The notes under the pieces are model-generated. The model was not told the origin of the DNA. It searched no databases and worked only from the letters and a program-made list of their open reading frames with translations. The translations under genes and the position numbers were made by a program. Below, in pieces: positions 20,233 through 29,743 of a stretch of 64,000 nucleotides of DNA (position 1 is the first letter of the stretch; each line of letters begins with the position of its first letter). Source of the stretch: an uncultured Gemmatimonadales bacterium (lineage in GTDB: Bacteria; Gemmatimonadota; Gemmatimonadetes; Longimicrobiales; RSA9); contig OY970192.1 in the NCBI GenBank assembly GCA_963708135.1, positions 4,032,001 through 4,096,000 on the forward strand, in the 5' to 3' direction.

Positions 20233-20458
20233 TCGAGCTCGCACTCGCCGGGTATGGTCAGGCGCGCTCGTCCCAATCGGGGCGGGCGCGCCTCTGTTTT
20301 TCCCGCCGCCTCAGCTCGCCGACGAAGAATGGTCGTGGATGGTCTTCCGTCGGGCGGGCGTTCGGACGAGGACGAGAGAGAAGAAGCCGGTGCCGGGACG
20401 CGGGGGGCCGGGGGCGCAGCCGACGAGCGGCGCGAGAGCGTCAAGGAGCAGGATTCGC

Positions 20459-20692
20459 CTATTCAAAGTGGACGCGGTTCTTCTCAATGTAACTGCTCCA
20501 CTCCGGCGGCACGTCGGTATCGGGAAAGATTGCGGTGACCGGGCACTCGGGCTCACAGGCACCGCAGTCGATGCACTCGTCGGGATGGATGTAGTACTGG
20601 TCCTCCCCCTCGTAGATGCAATCGACCGGGCACACCTCGACGCAGCTCGCGTCCTTCACGCCGATGCACGGTTCCACGATCACGTAAGGCAT
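20459..20692 (-). CDS. Dicluster (7Fe-type) ferredoxin
   Basis: [14 protein letters not shown] and [12 protein letters not shown]. Confidence 0.95.
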   Translation of the reverse strand: MPYVIVEPCIGVKDASCVEVCPVDCIYEGEDQYYIHPDECIDCGACEPECPVTAIFPDTDVPPEWSSYIEKNRVHFE

Positions 20693-20800
20693 GTCGGAAA
20701 GATCCCTTCCGCCTGTTTTCATCGAACGGTTGTTCGGTTGTCGGAACGAAATAGTGCAACGGCGCCCGGGGGGTCGCAAGGGGCGGGGGGCAGGGGCGGG

Positions 20801-21385
20801 TCAGGGACGAACGGAATCGAGGAAGCGCCGGCGAAACATCGGGCACCACCAGCGGTAGCGGCGGGCGAGGGGGTGCTGCGCGCGGTCGGCGACCGGCGCA
20901 TAGACGGCACACGTCTGGTGATGGACTGCCGCCCACTCCCGAAGGGGACGCAGGTGGAGATGGCGGGCGTGGTCGAGGCGTTCGGCGAGCGCGAGCGCGA
21001 GCGCCCGCGGGGGCAACGCCAGGAGGGCCTCCAGGAGCAACTCGTCCTCCATGGGGCCGGGCACCTGGCGCAGGAGCTCGATCACGGCCGGTCCCGCCGT
21101 GGCGGCGATGCTGGCTTCCGGGGGGGTCCGCTCCGGCGGCAGCCGGTCGCAGAGGACGGCCGCGCTGAGGAGCTCGCCGTCGCCCGCGGCCGCGTCCTCG
21201 AGCAGGATCAGCGCGACCCGGCCCGGATGGAGCGCGTCAGGGTGCTCCTCGTGCAGCGTGCGAGCGCGCCAGTCGAGCGACAGGCGGAAGGAGGCCTCGA
21301 GCCGTTCCAGCGAAGCGTCCTCGAGCCCGGCACGACGGCCGGCATCGAGCAGGCGCCGCATCATGGCGTCCGCGCGAGCCCCCAC
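20801..21385 (-). CDS. HD-domain-like protein (degenerate)
   Basis: LHPGRVALIL, AAVLCD and ERLDHARH resemble the RelA/SpoT-type HD hydrolase layout. Confidence 0.55.
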   Translation of the reverse strand: MGARADAMMRRLLDAGRRAGLEDASLERLEASFRLSLDWRARTLHEEHPDALHPGRVALILLEDAAAGDGELLSAAVLCDRLPPERTPPEASIAATAGPAVIELLRQVPGPMEDELLLEALLALPPRALALALAERLDHARHLHLRPLREWAAVHHQTCAVYAPVADRAQHPLARRYRWWCPMFRRRFLDSVRP

Positions 21386-21386
21386 G

Positions 21387-21962
21387 TCAGCGGCCCGGCC
21401 GCCAGGGCGTCTCGGGCGTGGCGGCCCTGTGGTTTGCGAGGCGCGCCCAGACGAAGAGCAGATCCGAGAGCCGGTTCAGGTAGACGAGCGGGGGTGCCTC
21501 AACGCCTGCCGCCGGATCCGCGGCGAGCGCGACCACGCGACGCTCCGCGCGCCGGCAGATGGTGCGGGCCAGGTGCAGCGCGGCCCCGGCGGGGCTGCCT
21601 CCGGGCATGATGAAGGCGTGCAGCGGCGGCAGCTCGGCCTCGGCTTCGTCGATCCAGCGCTCGAGATCGCGCACGCGCCCGTCCGGCAGGCCCGGGAGCG
21701 CCGGCGCCCGGCGGCCCTGCGGAGCGGGGGGCGTGGCCAGGTGGGCGCCGATGGTGAGCAGATCCGGCTGAGTCGAGGTGAGCCGGGCGTGCAGCTCCGG
21801 GTCCCGGATTGCTGTCAGTGCGACGCCGAGCGCCGCGTTCAGCTCGTCCACGGCACCGCAGGCCTCGACCCGTGCGCTCGCCTTGGAGACGCGGCCGCCG
21901 CCGAACAGGCCGGTCTCTCCCTCGTCCCCCGTACGCGTATAGATCCGCTCCACCACGGCCAT
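21387..21962 (-). CDS. ATP:cob(I)alamin adenosyltransferase, PduO type
   Basis: IYTRTGDEGET, DELNA, RTICRRAER, YLNRLSD. Confidence 0.95.
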   Translation of the reverse strand: MAVVERIYTRTGDEGETGLFGGGRVSKASARVEACGAVDELNAALGVALTAIRDPELHARLTSTQPDLLTIGAHLATPPAPQGRRAPALPGLPDGRVRDLERWIDEAEAELPPLHAFIMPGGSPAGAALHLARTICRRAERRVVALAADPAAGVEAPPLVYLNRLSDLLFVWARLANHRAATPETPWRPGR

Positions 21963-21971
21963 CCTCCTCTG

Positions 21972-22892
21972 TCAGTTAACCGCGGGCTCCAGCACTTCGA
22001 GGGTTGCCGCCCCGGCATCGAGACGCGCACGACAGCCCAGCGGCAGGGTCCAGTTGTCGCGCACGTGGCCGACCGGCAGGTCGAGCACTGCGGGCACCCC
22101 CAGCCGATCGGCGAGCTCCGCCAGCACCTCGGCGACGGGCCGGTCGTTCTCCGACTCCGGGATCTCGGTGAAGCGGCCGAAAGCGAGGCCGGCCACGCCG
22201 TCGAGGCCGCCGGACAGCAGCAGCTGCGTCAACATGCGGTCGATGCGGTACACGGGCTCGCCCACATCCTCGACGACGAGGATGGCATCGCGGGCGAGCA
22301 GCGCGTGAGGGGTGCCACAGGAGGCCGCCAGGAGGGCCAGGTTGCCGCCGGCCAGCCTGCCTTCGGCGACGCCGCCCGCGAGCGTGCGCGGCGCCGCTCC
22401 CGCCGCCGGCAGCGGCAGCGCTCCGGGCGCGCTCGCCTCCATCAGGACGCGCCGAAAGCACGTGTCCGTCGCCGGCGTCACCTCCTCGCCCGGGTGCGGC
22501 CCGTGGAACGAGACGAGCCCGGCTCTCCGGAGAGCGAGGTGGAGGGAGGTGATGTCGCTGAAGCCGATGACGGGCCGGGGCAGGCGGAGGAGCGGCGAGA
22601 GGTCGAGCAGCGGCAGGATGCGCAGCACGCCGTAGCCGCCGCGCAGCATCCAGATGGCGTCGATGGAAGGGTCCTCCATGGCGTGCTGGAGGTCTGCCGC
22701 GCGTAGTGCGTCCGAGCCGGCCAGATAGCCGAGTCGAGCCCGGACGGAGGCGCCCAGCACGGGCTCCAGCCCCAGAATGCGGCAGCGGGCGAGGGCGCCC
22801 TCGATGCGCGACGCCGTCACGGGTCCGGCGGGCGCAACGAGCGCCACGCGCGCGCCCTCACGCAGGCGGGGGGGCCGTATGATCTCGTCCAA
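21972..22892 (-). CDS. ldcA: LD-carboxypeptidase (peptidase S66)
   Basis: RGGYG, GFSDIT, GGNL, EDVGE, PVGH. Confidence 0.9.
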   Translation of the reverse strand: MDEIIRPPRLREGARVALVAPAGPVTASRIEGALARCRILGLEPVLGASVRARLGYLAGSDALRAADLQHAMEDPSIDAIWMLRGGYGVLRILPLLDLSPLLRLPRPVIGFSDITSLHLALRRAGLVSFHGPHPGEEVTPATDTCFRRVLMEASAPGALPLPAAGAAPRTLAGGVAEGRLAGGNLALLAASCGTPHALLARDAILVVEDVGEPVYRIDRMLTQLLLSGGLDGVAGLAFGRFTEIPESENDRPVAEVLAELADRLGVPAVLDLPVGHVRDNWTLPLGCRARLDAGAATLEVLEPAVN

Positions 22893-23033
22893 CGGTGCCT
22901 ACCCTCCGTACCGGGAGCCAGGGACGGGCTGAGATTACTGCGGCGGCCCGGGCCGGCGCCACCCGGCGCGCTGGTGGGGTGCCGTGCTCCGGCGTATCTT
23001 GGCGTCCAGCCCCAACTCTCGCAGGAGAGCGCC

Positions 23034-23486
23034 ATGGCTCCGGACTCCGGGAACGCGGCCCGGGAGGCGAACCAGCTGTACTGGGAGACCGAGGTGTCCG
23101 TGGCGGACATTGCGGACCGCCTCGGCCTCTCCCGCCGCGGTCTCTACGAGGTCGTCAGGCCCGCGCCGGCCGGGGCGCCGTGCCCCGCGTGCGGCTCGGA
23201 CCTCATGTTCACGAACCGACTCGCGCGGTCAACGGGCTCGGCCGCGTGCCCGGCATGTGGCCGCGAGGAGGCCCTGGAGTCGGTCGAGGCCGAGGAAGGC
23301 CTCGCGGCCGACACCGGTCTCCCGCCAGACCTCGAGCAGGAGCTCGACGCGGCCCGCATGTCCCCGCTCGAGACCGACGCGGCACTCGCCCGCGCGCGGG
23401 CTCTCTCGCTGGGCGGCGCCCTGCTGACGGGCGTGATCGCGGGGGCGCTCGCGGCGCTGCTCTTCGGGCCTCGCCGCCGGCCGTGA
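23034..23486 (+). CDS. Hypothetical HTH + zinc-ribbon + C-terminal TM protein
   Basis: SVADIADRLGLSRRGLY, two CPAC motifs, hydrophobic C-terminal helix. Confidence 0.7.
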   Translation: MAPDSGNAAREANQLYWETEVSVADIADRLGLSRRGLYEVVRPAPAGAPCPACGSDLMFTNRLARSTGSAACPACGREEALESVEAEEGLAADTGLPPDLEQELDAARMSPLETDAALARARALSLGGALLTGVIAGALAALLFGPRRRP

Positions 23487-24832
23487 GGGGCGACGATCTG
23501 CCACGCATCGTCGCTCCGCCCCCCGGGCCGGCCTCGCGCCGACTGGCCGAGCGGCTCTCCCGTGTCGAATCCCCGAACATCACGCAGACGGAGGCGGCCG
23601 TGTTCTGGGCGGCCGCGCGCGGAGCCAACGTCGAGGACGTGGACGGCAACGTCTACATCGACCTCACGGCCGGCTTCTCGGTGGCGGCGGCCGGGCACGC
23701 CAACGAGCGCGTGGCGGCGGCGGTCGCGGAGCAGGCGAAGCTGCTGCCGCACGCGCTCGGCGACATCCACCCGGCCCGGCTGAAGGTCGAGCTGCTCGAA
23801 CGTCTGGCCGCGCTGGCTCCGGGCGAGCTCTCGGTTTCGATCCTCGCCAGCGCCGGCGCGGAGGCCGTGGAGGCGGCGCTGAAGACAGCGGTGCTCGCGA
23901 CGGGGCGGCCGGGCATCGTCGCCTTCGAGGGCGGTTACCACGGGCTCACCTACGGCGCGCTCGCCTGCACCTGGCGCGAGGACTTCCGCGCGCCGTTCCG
24001 GGCGCAGCTGTACGACGGCGTTCGTTTCGCACCTTTTCCGTACGCTTTTCGCTGGGCTGGCGAAGGAGATGTGTCCGTGGCGGCGCTCGCCGCGCTGGAG
24101 AGGATCCTGGAGGAAGCCGAGGGCTCGGCCGCGCCCGTCGGAGCGGTGCTGCTCGAGCCGATCCAGGGGCGGGGCGGCCTCGTCGTGCCACCGCCGGGCT
24201 TCCTCGCCGGTGTCCGGCGGATCACCGAGCGGCGCGGGCTCGTCCTGATCTTCGATGAGGTCTACACGGGGTTCGGACGGACCGGTCGCTGGTTCGCTTG
24301 CGAGCACGAGGGCGTCGTACCCGACATCCTGGTGGTGGGCAAGGCGCTGTCGGGGATGCTGCCGCTGAGCGCGGCGATCGGGACTCCCGCGGTCATGCGC
24401 GCCTGGCCGCCCTCGCGCGGAGAGGCGGTGCACACGAGCACGTTCCTGGGCAGTCCGCTGGCGGCGGCGGCGGCGCTGGCGCAGCTGCGAGAGATCGAGG
24501 AGCTCCGGCTGCCGGACCGCGCGGCGGCGCTGGGGGCGCGGCTCGGCGCCCGGCTGGAAACGTGGGTTGAGCGGTTCCCCGCGGCCGGCGAGACCCGGGG
24601 TCGCGGGCTGCTGCGTGGCGTGGAGCTGGTGGAGGACCGGGAGACGCGGCGACCCGGGCGCGCGCTGGCCCTGGCGGTGGTGGACGGGGCGCTCCGCAGC
24701 GGCGTGCTCCTGCTGGCGGAAGGAGGCGATCTGAACGTGCTGGCGTTCGTCCCGCCGCTCGTCATCACCGAGCGTCAACTCGACCACGCCCTGGACGTGG
24801 TCGAGCACGAGCTGGCGCGCCGGGGCGGCTGA
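23483..24832 (+). CDS. Class III PLP aminotransferase (GabT-like)
   Basis: GAEAVE, YHG, EPIQG, DEVYTGFGRTG, GKAL. Confidence 0.9.
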   Translation: MRGDDLPRIVAPPPGPASRRLAERLSRVESPNITQTEAAVFWAAARGANVEDVDGNVYIDLTAGFSVAAAGHANERVAAAVAEQAKLLPHALGDIHPARLKVELLERLAALAPGELSVSILASAGAEAVEAALKTAVLATGRPGIVAFEGGYHGLTYGALACTWREDFRAPFRAQLYDGVRFAPFPYAFRWAGEGDVSVAALAALERILEEAEGSAAPVGAVLLEPIQGRGGLVVPPPGFLAGVRRITERRGLVLIFDEVYTGFGRTGRWFACEHEGVVPDILVVGKALSGMLPLSAAIGTPAVMRAWPPSRGEAVHTSTFLGSPLAAAAALAQLREIEELRLPDRAAALGARLGARLETWVERFPAAGETRGRGLLRGVELVEDRETRRPGRALALAVVDGALRSGVLLLAEGGDLNVLAFVPPLVITERQLDHALDVVEHELARRGG

Positions 24833-24842
24833 TTCCAGCTTG

Positions 24843-25625
24843 CTACATCGCGATGATGTGGTATCCGGCGTCGACAAAGAGGATCTCGCCGGTGACGCCG
24901 CGCCCCATGTCGCTGCACAGGAAGAGGGCGGCGCTTCCGACCTCGTCCTGCGTCACGTTGCGCCGCAGCGGCGCGCGCTCCTCCGCGATGCCGAGCATGG
25001 TACGGAACCCCTTCACGCCGGCGGCGGCCAGGGTCTTGATCGGCCCGGCGCTGATGGCGTTGACGCGAATCCCCTCGGGGCCCAGGTCCGCGGCGAGGTA
25101 ACGAACGCTGGCCTCGAGGGCGGCCTTGGCCACCCCCATGACGTTGTAGTTCGGCACGACCTTCTGGGCGCCGTAGTAGGAGAGCGTCACGATGTTGCCG
25201 CCGCTGGCCGCGAGCAGCGGCGCGGCGCGGCGCGTCAGATCCACGAGCGAATAGGCGCTGATCTCGAGGGCGCGCAGGAAGCCGTCGCGGCTCGTCTCCA
25301 CGAACCGGCCATCGAGATCCTTGCGGTCCGCGAAAGCGATGGAATGGACGAGCACATCCAGTCCACCCCAGTGCTCCCGCACCTGACGGAAGACGGCGCC
25401 GAGCTCCTCGTCCGAGGTCACATCGCATGGCAGGATCAGCTCCGCCCCGATCTCCTCGCCGAGCGGGCGCACCCGCTTCTCCATGGTCTCGTTGACGTAG
25501 GAGAGGCCGATCCGCGCCCCCTCGCGCCGCATGGCCTGGGTGATCCCCCAAGCAATGCTCCGCTCGTTCGCCACCCCGAACACCAGCACTCGCTTGCCGT
25601 CGAATAGACCCGCGCCGCTACCCAT
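24843..25625 (-). CDS. fabI: Enoyl-ACP reductase
   Basis: GVANERSIAWGI, HSIAFA, YNVMGVAKAALE, AGPIKTLAA. Confidence 0.95.
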   Translation of the reverse strand: MGSGAGLFDGKRVLVFGVANERSIAWGITQAMRREGARIGLSYVNETMEKRVRPLGEEIGAELILPCDVTSDEELGAVFRQVREHWGGLDVLVHSIAFADRKDLDGRFVETSRDGFLRALEISAYSLVDLTRRAAPLLAASGGNIVTLSYYGAQKVVPNYNVMGVAKAALEASVRYLAADLGPEGIRVNAISAGPIKTLAAAGVKGFRTMLGIAEERAPLRRNVTQDEVGSAALFLCSDMGRGVTGEILFVDAGYHIIAM

Positions 25626-25774
25626 CGTTCACCTGTTCGCCGGTTCAGGAGGAGTGCGGGCTCGACCACCCGTCACCGTTGCGGTAACTTGGGTGCCGTA
25701 CGGCGCGGGGGCAAGGTTCGACCGGGGCGGTGAGCATTGCCTTTTTTAGAGTTAGCAGCCACTTTAGAGGCCGT

Positions 25775-26758
25775 TTGGCGAAGAGCTCAGCAAGAGTCCT
25801 GGTCACGGGGGCGACGGGGTTCGTCGGTTCGCATCTGGTCGAGGCGCTGACGGCGGGGGGGTTCGCCGTGCGCGCGCTCGTGCGGGCCACGAGCGACGTC
25901 CGAAGGCTGCGCGAGCTGGGAGTAGAGCAGGTCGTCGGCTCGCTGGAAGACCCGGCCTCCCTCGCGCGGGCGGTGAACGGCGCCGACACCGTGCTGCACC
26001 TGGCCGCGCTGGTTCGCGCGCGCGGGCCGGCGGAGTTCGCGCGCGCGAACGCGAGCGGCACCGAGGCGGTGGTCCGCGCGAGCGCGGAGGCGGGGGTCGG
26101 CCGGCTGGTGTACCTCAGCTCGCTGGCCGCCGTGGGGCCGGTGCGGGAGGGGCGAGCCGTCGAGGCCTCGGACGAGCCGCGCCCGCTTACGGCATACGGC
26201 AGGACCAAGCTGGCGGGCGAGCGTGCGGTGCTGGGTGAGCGGCGGCTGCACGGGGTCGTCCTGCGGGCGCCGGCGGTGTACGGGCCGGGGGACCGCGAGC
26301 TGTTCACCTTCTTCCGGCTGGCCGCGCGTGGCGTGTTTCCGCTGCCCGGCGGCCCCGAGCGCTCGGTCCAGCTGATCCACGTACGGGATCTGGCCCGTGC
26401 GCTGGTCCTTGCCGGGAGCGCTCGGGAGGCGGAAGGTGTGTACCACGTTGCGGACCCGACGGCGTACGGCTGGCCGGCGCTGGCCCGGGCGATCGGGGTG
26501 GCGGTCGGGCGGGAGGTCCGCATCGTGCGGCTCCCGCCCAGGCTCGTTACCGCGGCAGCGGCGGGAAGCGAGCTGGCGGCGGCGCTGGTGAGGCGCGCGA
26601 CGATCTTCGACCGGGACAAGGCGCGCGAGTTGCTTGCCCCGGGGTGGTTGTGCGAAACTGGAGCGGCTCGGCGGGAGCTCGGGTTCGAGACCGAGATTCC
26701 GCTGGCCGAGGGACTCGGCGAGACCGCGGCGTGGTATCGAGCGCGCGGCTGGCTGTAG
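25775..26758 (+). CDS. Extended SDR / NAD(P)-dependent epimerase-reductase (candidate 3-keto-sphingolipid reductase)
   Basis: VTGATGFVG, YLSS, YGRTK, VYGPGD; first gene of the spt operon. Confidence 0.8.
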   Translation: MAKSSARVLVTGATGFVGSHLVEALTAGGFAVRALVRATSDVRRLRELGVEQVVGSLEDPASLARAVNGADTVLHLAALVRARGPAEFARANASGTEAVVRASAEAGVGRLVYLSSLAAVGPVREGRAVEASDEPRPLTAYGRTKLAGERAVLGERRLHGVVLRAPAVYGPGDRELFTFFRLAARGVFPLPGGPERSVQLIHVRDLARALVLAGSAREAEGVYHVADPTAYGWPALARAIGVAVGREVRIVRLPPRLVTAAAAGSELAAALVRRATIFDRDKARELLAPGWLCETGAARRELGFETEIPLAEGLGETAAWYRARGWL

Positions 26759-26785
26759 CTGGCTGGTCTGAACTGGTGGAGATCG

Positions 26786-27967
26786 ATGAGCTTATTCGAT
26801 AAGTGCAGACGCTTCACTCGGGCCCGGGAGGCGCAAGCCGCCGGTTACTACCCGTACTTCACGCCGATCGAAGCGTCGTACGATACCGAGGTCGTGATCC
26901 GCGGCCAGCGGAAGGTGATGGTCGGCTCGAACAACTATCTCGGGCTGACGCACCATCCGCGTGTGCTGGAATCGGCCGAGGCGGCGCTGCGGCGCTACGG
27001 GAGCGGGTGCACGGGGAGCCGGTTCCTTAACGGGACGCTGGATCTCCACGAGGAGCTCGAGGAGCGGCTGGCGCGCTTCATGGGGAAGGAGTCGGCGCTG
27101 GTGTTCAGCACCGGCTACCAGACGAACCTCGGGGTGATCTCCGCGCTGGTGGGGCGGGACGACCACCTGTACTCGGACAAGCTGAACCACGCGAGCATCG
27201 TGGATGGGTCGCGGCTGGCGTTCGGGGTAGTGCACCGGTACACGCACGGGGATCTGGCGGCGCTGGAGCGGGAGCTCTCGCGCTCACCGCAGGACGCGGG
27301 GAAGCTGATCGTCACGGACGGCATCTTCTCCATGGAAGGCGACATAGCGGATCTCCCGGGGATCGTGGCGCTGGCGGAGTTCTACGGGGCGGAGGTAATG
27401 GTGGACGACGCGCACTCGCTGGGAGTGCTCGGGGAGCGCGGCGGCGGCACGGCGCAGCATTTCCGGCTGGAGGACAGGGTCGCGCTGGTGATGGGCACGT
27501 TCTCGAAGTCGCTGGCCTCGATCGGCGGGGTGATTGCGGGGCCGGAGCCGGTGATCCACTACCTGAAGCACCACGCGCGCTCGCTGATCTTCAGCGCGAG
27601 CATGCCGCCGTCTGCGGTGGCCTCGGTGCTCGCGGCGCTGGACGTGATCGAGGAGGAGCCGGAGCGGCGCGCGGCGCTGTGGCGAAACACGCGTCGCATC
27701 CAGCAGGGCCTGCGGGCGCTGGGCTACGACACGGGGAAGAGCGAGACGCCCGTGATCCCGGTTCTGATCGGCGACATGGAGCGGATGCTGGTGTTCTGGA
27801 AGGAGCTCTTCGACTTCGGCGTGTTCACGAACCCGGTCACGCCGCCAGCGGTGCCGGAGAACTCGTGCCGGCTGCGGATCTCGGTCATGGCGACGCATAC
27901 GGACGAGCACATCGACTTCGTGCTGGATGCGTTCGCGCACGTGGGACGCCGGATGGCGGTGATCTGA
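26786..27967 (+). CDS. spt: Serine palmitoyltransferase (alpha-oxoamine synthase family)
   Basis: YPYF, GSNNYLGL, GCTGSRFLNGT, DDAH and GTFSKS (SPT-type PLP lysine motif); next to a ceramide-synthase-like gene. Confidence 0.8.
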   Translation: MSLFDKCRRFTRAREAQAAGYYPYFTPIEASYDTEVVIRGQRKVMVGSNNYLGLTHHPRVLESAEAALRRYGSGCTGSRFLNGTLDLHEELEERLARFMGKESALVFSTGYQTNLGVISALVGRDDHLYSDKLNHASIVDGSRLAFGVVHRYTHGDLAALERELSRSPQDAGKLIVTDGIFSMEGDIADLPGIVALAEFYGAEVMVDDAHSLGVLGERGGGTAQHFRLEDRVALVMGTFSKSLASIGGVIAGPEPVIHYLKHHARSLIFSASMPPSAVASVLAALDVIEEEPERRAALWRNTRRIQQGLRALGYDTGKSETPVIPVLIGDMERMLVFWKELFDFGVFTNPVTPPAVPENSCRLRISVMATHTDEHIDFVLDAFAHVGRRMAVI

Positions 27968-27971
27968 GGGG

Positions 27972-29159
27972 ATGGCGGCGAACGCGCAGGACGCGGTAGG
28001 ACGGCAGGTGGAGCAGGGTGGCAGGAGCACCGGAGAGGTCCAGGTCAGGCCGGTAACGAGCCGGCGTGAGCTGGACCTCTTCATCAAGCTTCCCTGGAAG
28101 ATCTACCGGGACGATCCCGCGTGGATCCCGCCTCTGCTGATGGATGTCCGGAACGTGCTGGACCGCGGCAAGCACCCGTTCCACGAGCATGCGGAGGTGG
28201 AATACTTCCTGGCGTGGCGAGACGGCTCGGCGGTGGGGCGGATCGCGGCGATCGTGAACCGCCTGCACCTCGACTTCCACGGCGACAAGCTGGGGTTCTT
28301 CGGGCTGTTCGAGGCGCCCGACGACGCCTCCGTCTCGGCCGCGCTGCTGCGCGCGGCGGAGGCATGGCTGCGCGAGAGGGGCATGGAGCGGGCGCAGGGG
28401 CCGCAGAACCTGTCCACGAACGAGGAGCTGTGCAGCCCCGGAGTGCTGATCGAAGGCAACGACCAGCCGCCGTTCATCATGATGGCGCACACGCCGGCGT
28501 ACTACGCCCGCCTGCTGGAGGACGCGGGGTACCAGAAGGCCAAGGACCTGCTGGCGTACAAGGTCCTGCCGAATCCTCCGGAGCGGCTGGTGAAGGGGGT
28601 GGAGCGGGTGGTCCGCTCAAAGGCGGCGGGGCTCACGCTGCGCAAGTTCAACCTGAAGGACTTCGACGCCGACGTGGCGCGCATGAAGGAGGTCTACAAC
28701 AGCGCGTGGGAGCGGAACTGGGGCTTCGTGCCCATGACGGACGCGGAGTTCAACCACCTGGCCAAGCAGCTCAAGCCGGTAGTGGACCCGGACTACGCCC
28801 TGATTGCGGAGGTGGGAGACGAGCCGGTCGGTTTCGCGGTCGCGCTGCCGGACTACAACCAGGCGATCCGGCACACGGATGGCCGGCTCTTCCCGCTCGG
28901 GCTGCTGAAGCTGCTGTGGTACCGGCGCAAGATCAACCAGCACCGGGTGATCACACTGGGGCTGAAGCCGGCGTATCGGCGTTTCGGGGTGGACGCGATG
29001 ATGTACCTGCGGATGTTCGAGACGTCGAGGGACCTCGGGCACGCGGGCGCCGAGGCGTCGTGGATCCTGGAGGACAACTGGGAGATGCGGCGGGGTCTGG
29101 AGCGGATGGGCGCCTGGACGTACAAGACATACCGGCTGTACGAGAAGCCGCTCGGCTGA
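27972..29159 (+). CDS. Bacterial ceramide synthase-like GNAT N-acyltransferase
   Basis: VGRIAAI, GFFGLFE, MMAHTPAYY, WERNWGFVP, SWILEDN; directly downstream of spt. Confidence 0.75.
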   Translation: MAANAQDAVGRQVEQGGRSTGEVQVRPVTSRRELDLFIKLPWKIYRDDPAWIPPLLMDVRNVLDRGKHPFHEHAEVEYFLAWRDGSAVGRIAAIVNRLHLDFHGDKLGFFGLFEAPDDASVSAALLRAAEAWLRERGMERAQGPQNLSTNEELCSPGVLIEGNDQPPFIMMAHTPAYYARLLEDAGYQKAKDLLAYKVLPNPPERLVKGVERVVRSKAAGLTLRKFNLKDFDADVARMKEVYNSAWERNWGFVPMTDAEFNHLAKQLKPVVDPDYALIAEVGDEPVGFAVALPDYNQAIRHTDGRLFPLGLLKLLWYRRKINQHRVITLGLKPAYRRFGVDAMMYLRMFETSRDLGHAGAEASWILEDNWEMRRGLERMGAWTYKTYRLYEKPLG

Positions 29160-29171
29160 AAGCGCCGGTCC

Positions 29172-29591
29172 TCAGGCGGCGGCGCGCGGGCTGGCGGCGG
29201 GCAAGGCGAGCGCGATGGTCCAGCTCGAGGTGGAGATCTGGTTCTCCACCGTGAGGTGGACCTCCTGCCCGGGGCTGACCAGAAGAACCTCCGTCTGAAA
29301 ATACGAGTTGGAGCCGATCGGGTCGACCAGCAACCGGAGGTCGGACGCGGTGAGCAGCTCGCGCGGCAGCCTGAAGACGGCCTCCCGCCCCGTGGTCACG
29401 TCGCCGAGCCGGTAGCGCACGCCGGTGCGGGTGGCGTAGATCACGACATCGCTCCAGTTGTGGTTGGTCACGCGGACGGTGATCGGCTCCTGGGGCTCGT
29501 ACTCGTCATTCCCCTTGTGCTTGAACGGATAGAAGCAGGCGGAGAGGGCGAGGGCAGCGATCGCGGGGGTGGCAAGGCGTCGGATGATCAA
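29172..29591 (-). CDS. Small lipoprotein (beta-sandwich-like)
   Basis: AGGAGG plus TTG start; lipobox LSAC. Confidence 0.75.
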   Translation of the reverse strand: MIIRRLATPAIAALALSACFYPFKHKGNDEYEPQEPITVRVTNHNWSDVVIYATRTGVRYRLGDVTTGREAVFRLPRELLTASDLRLLVDPIGSNSYFQTEVLLVSPGQEVHLTVENQISTSSWTIALALPAASPRAAA

Positions 29592-29743
29592 GGGGACCTC
29601 CTGCCGAAGGCGCGGCGGAGCGGGTTCTCCCGGCGAGCGCGGGACCAGGGAAGGAATACACCGACCCTCGGGCGGAGTTCTCCATCCGGTCGGGGTGCAC
29701 CCAGACATCTAGCCGGCCGGGGGCCGGAGCGGATCCAGGGAAG

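Noticed and set aside
26786..27967. Annotation as BioF or 2-amino-3-ketobutyrate CoA ligase
   Set aside because: The GTFSKS and GSRFLNGT motifs and the adjacent ceramide-synthase-like gene fit SPT better; no bio or tdh genes nearby.
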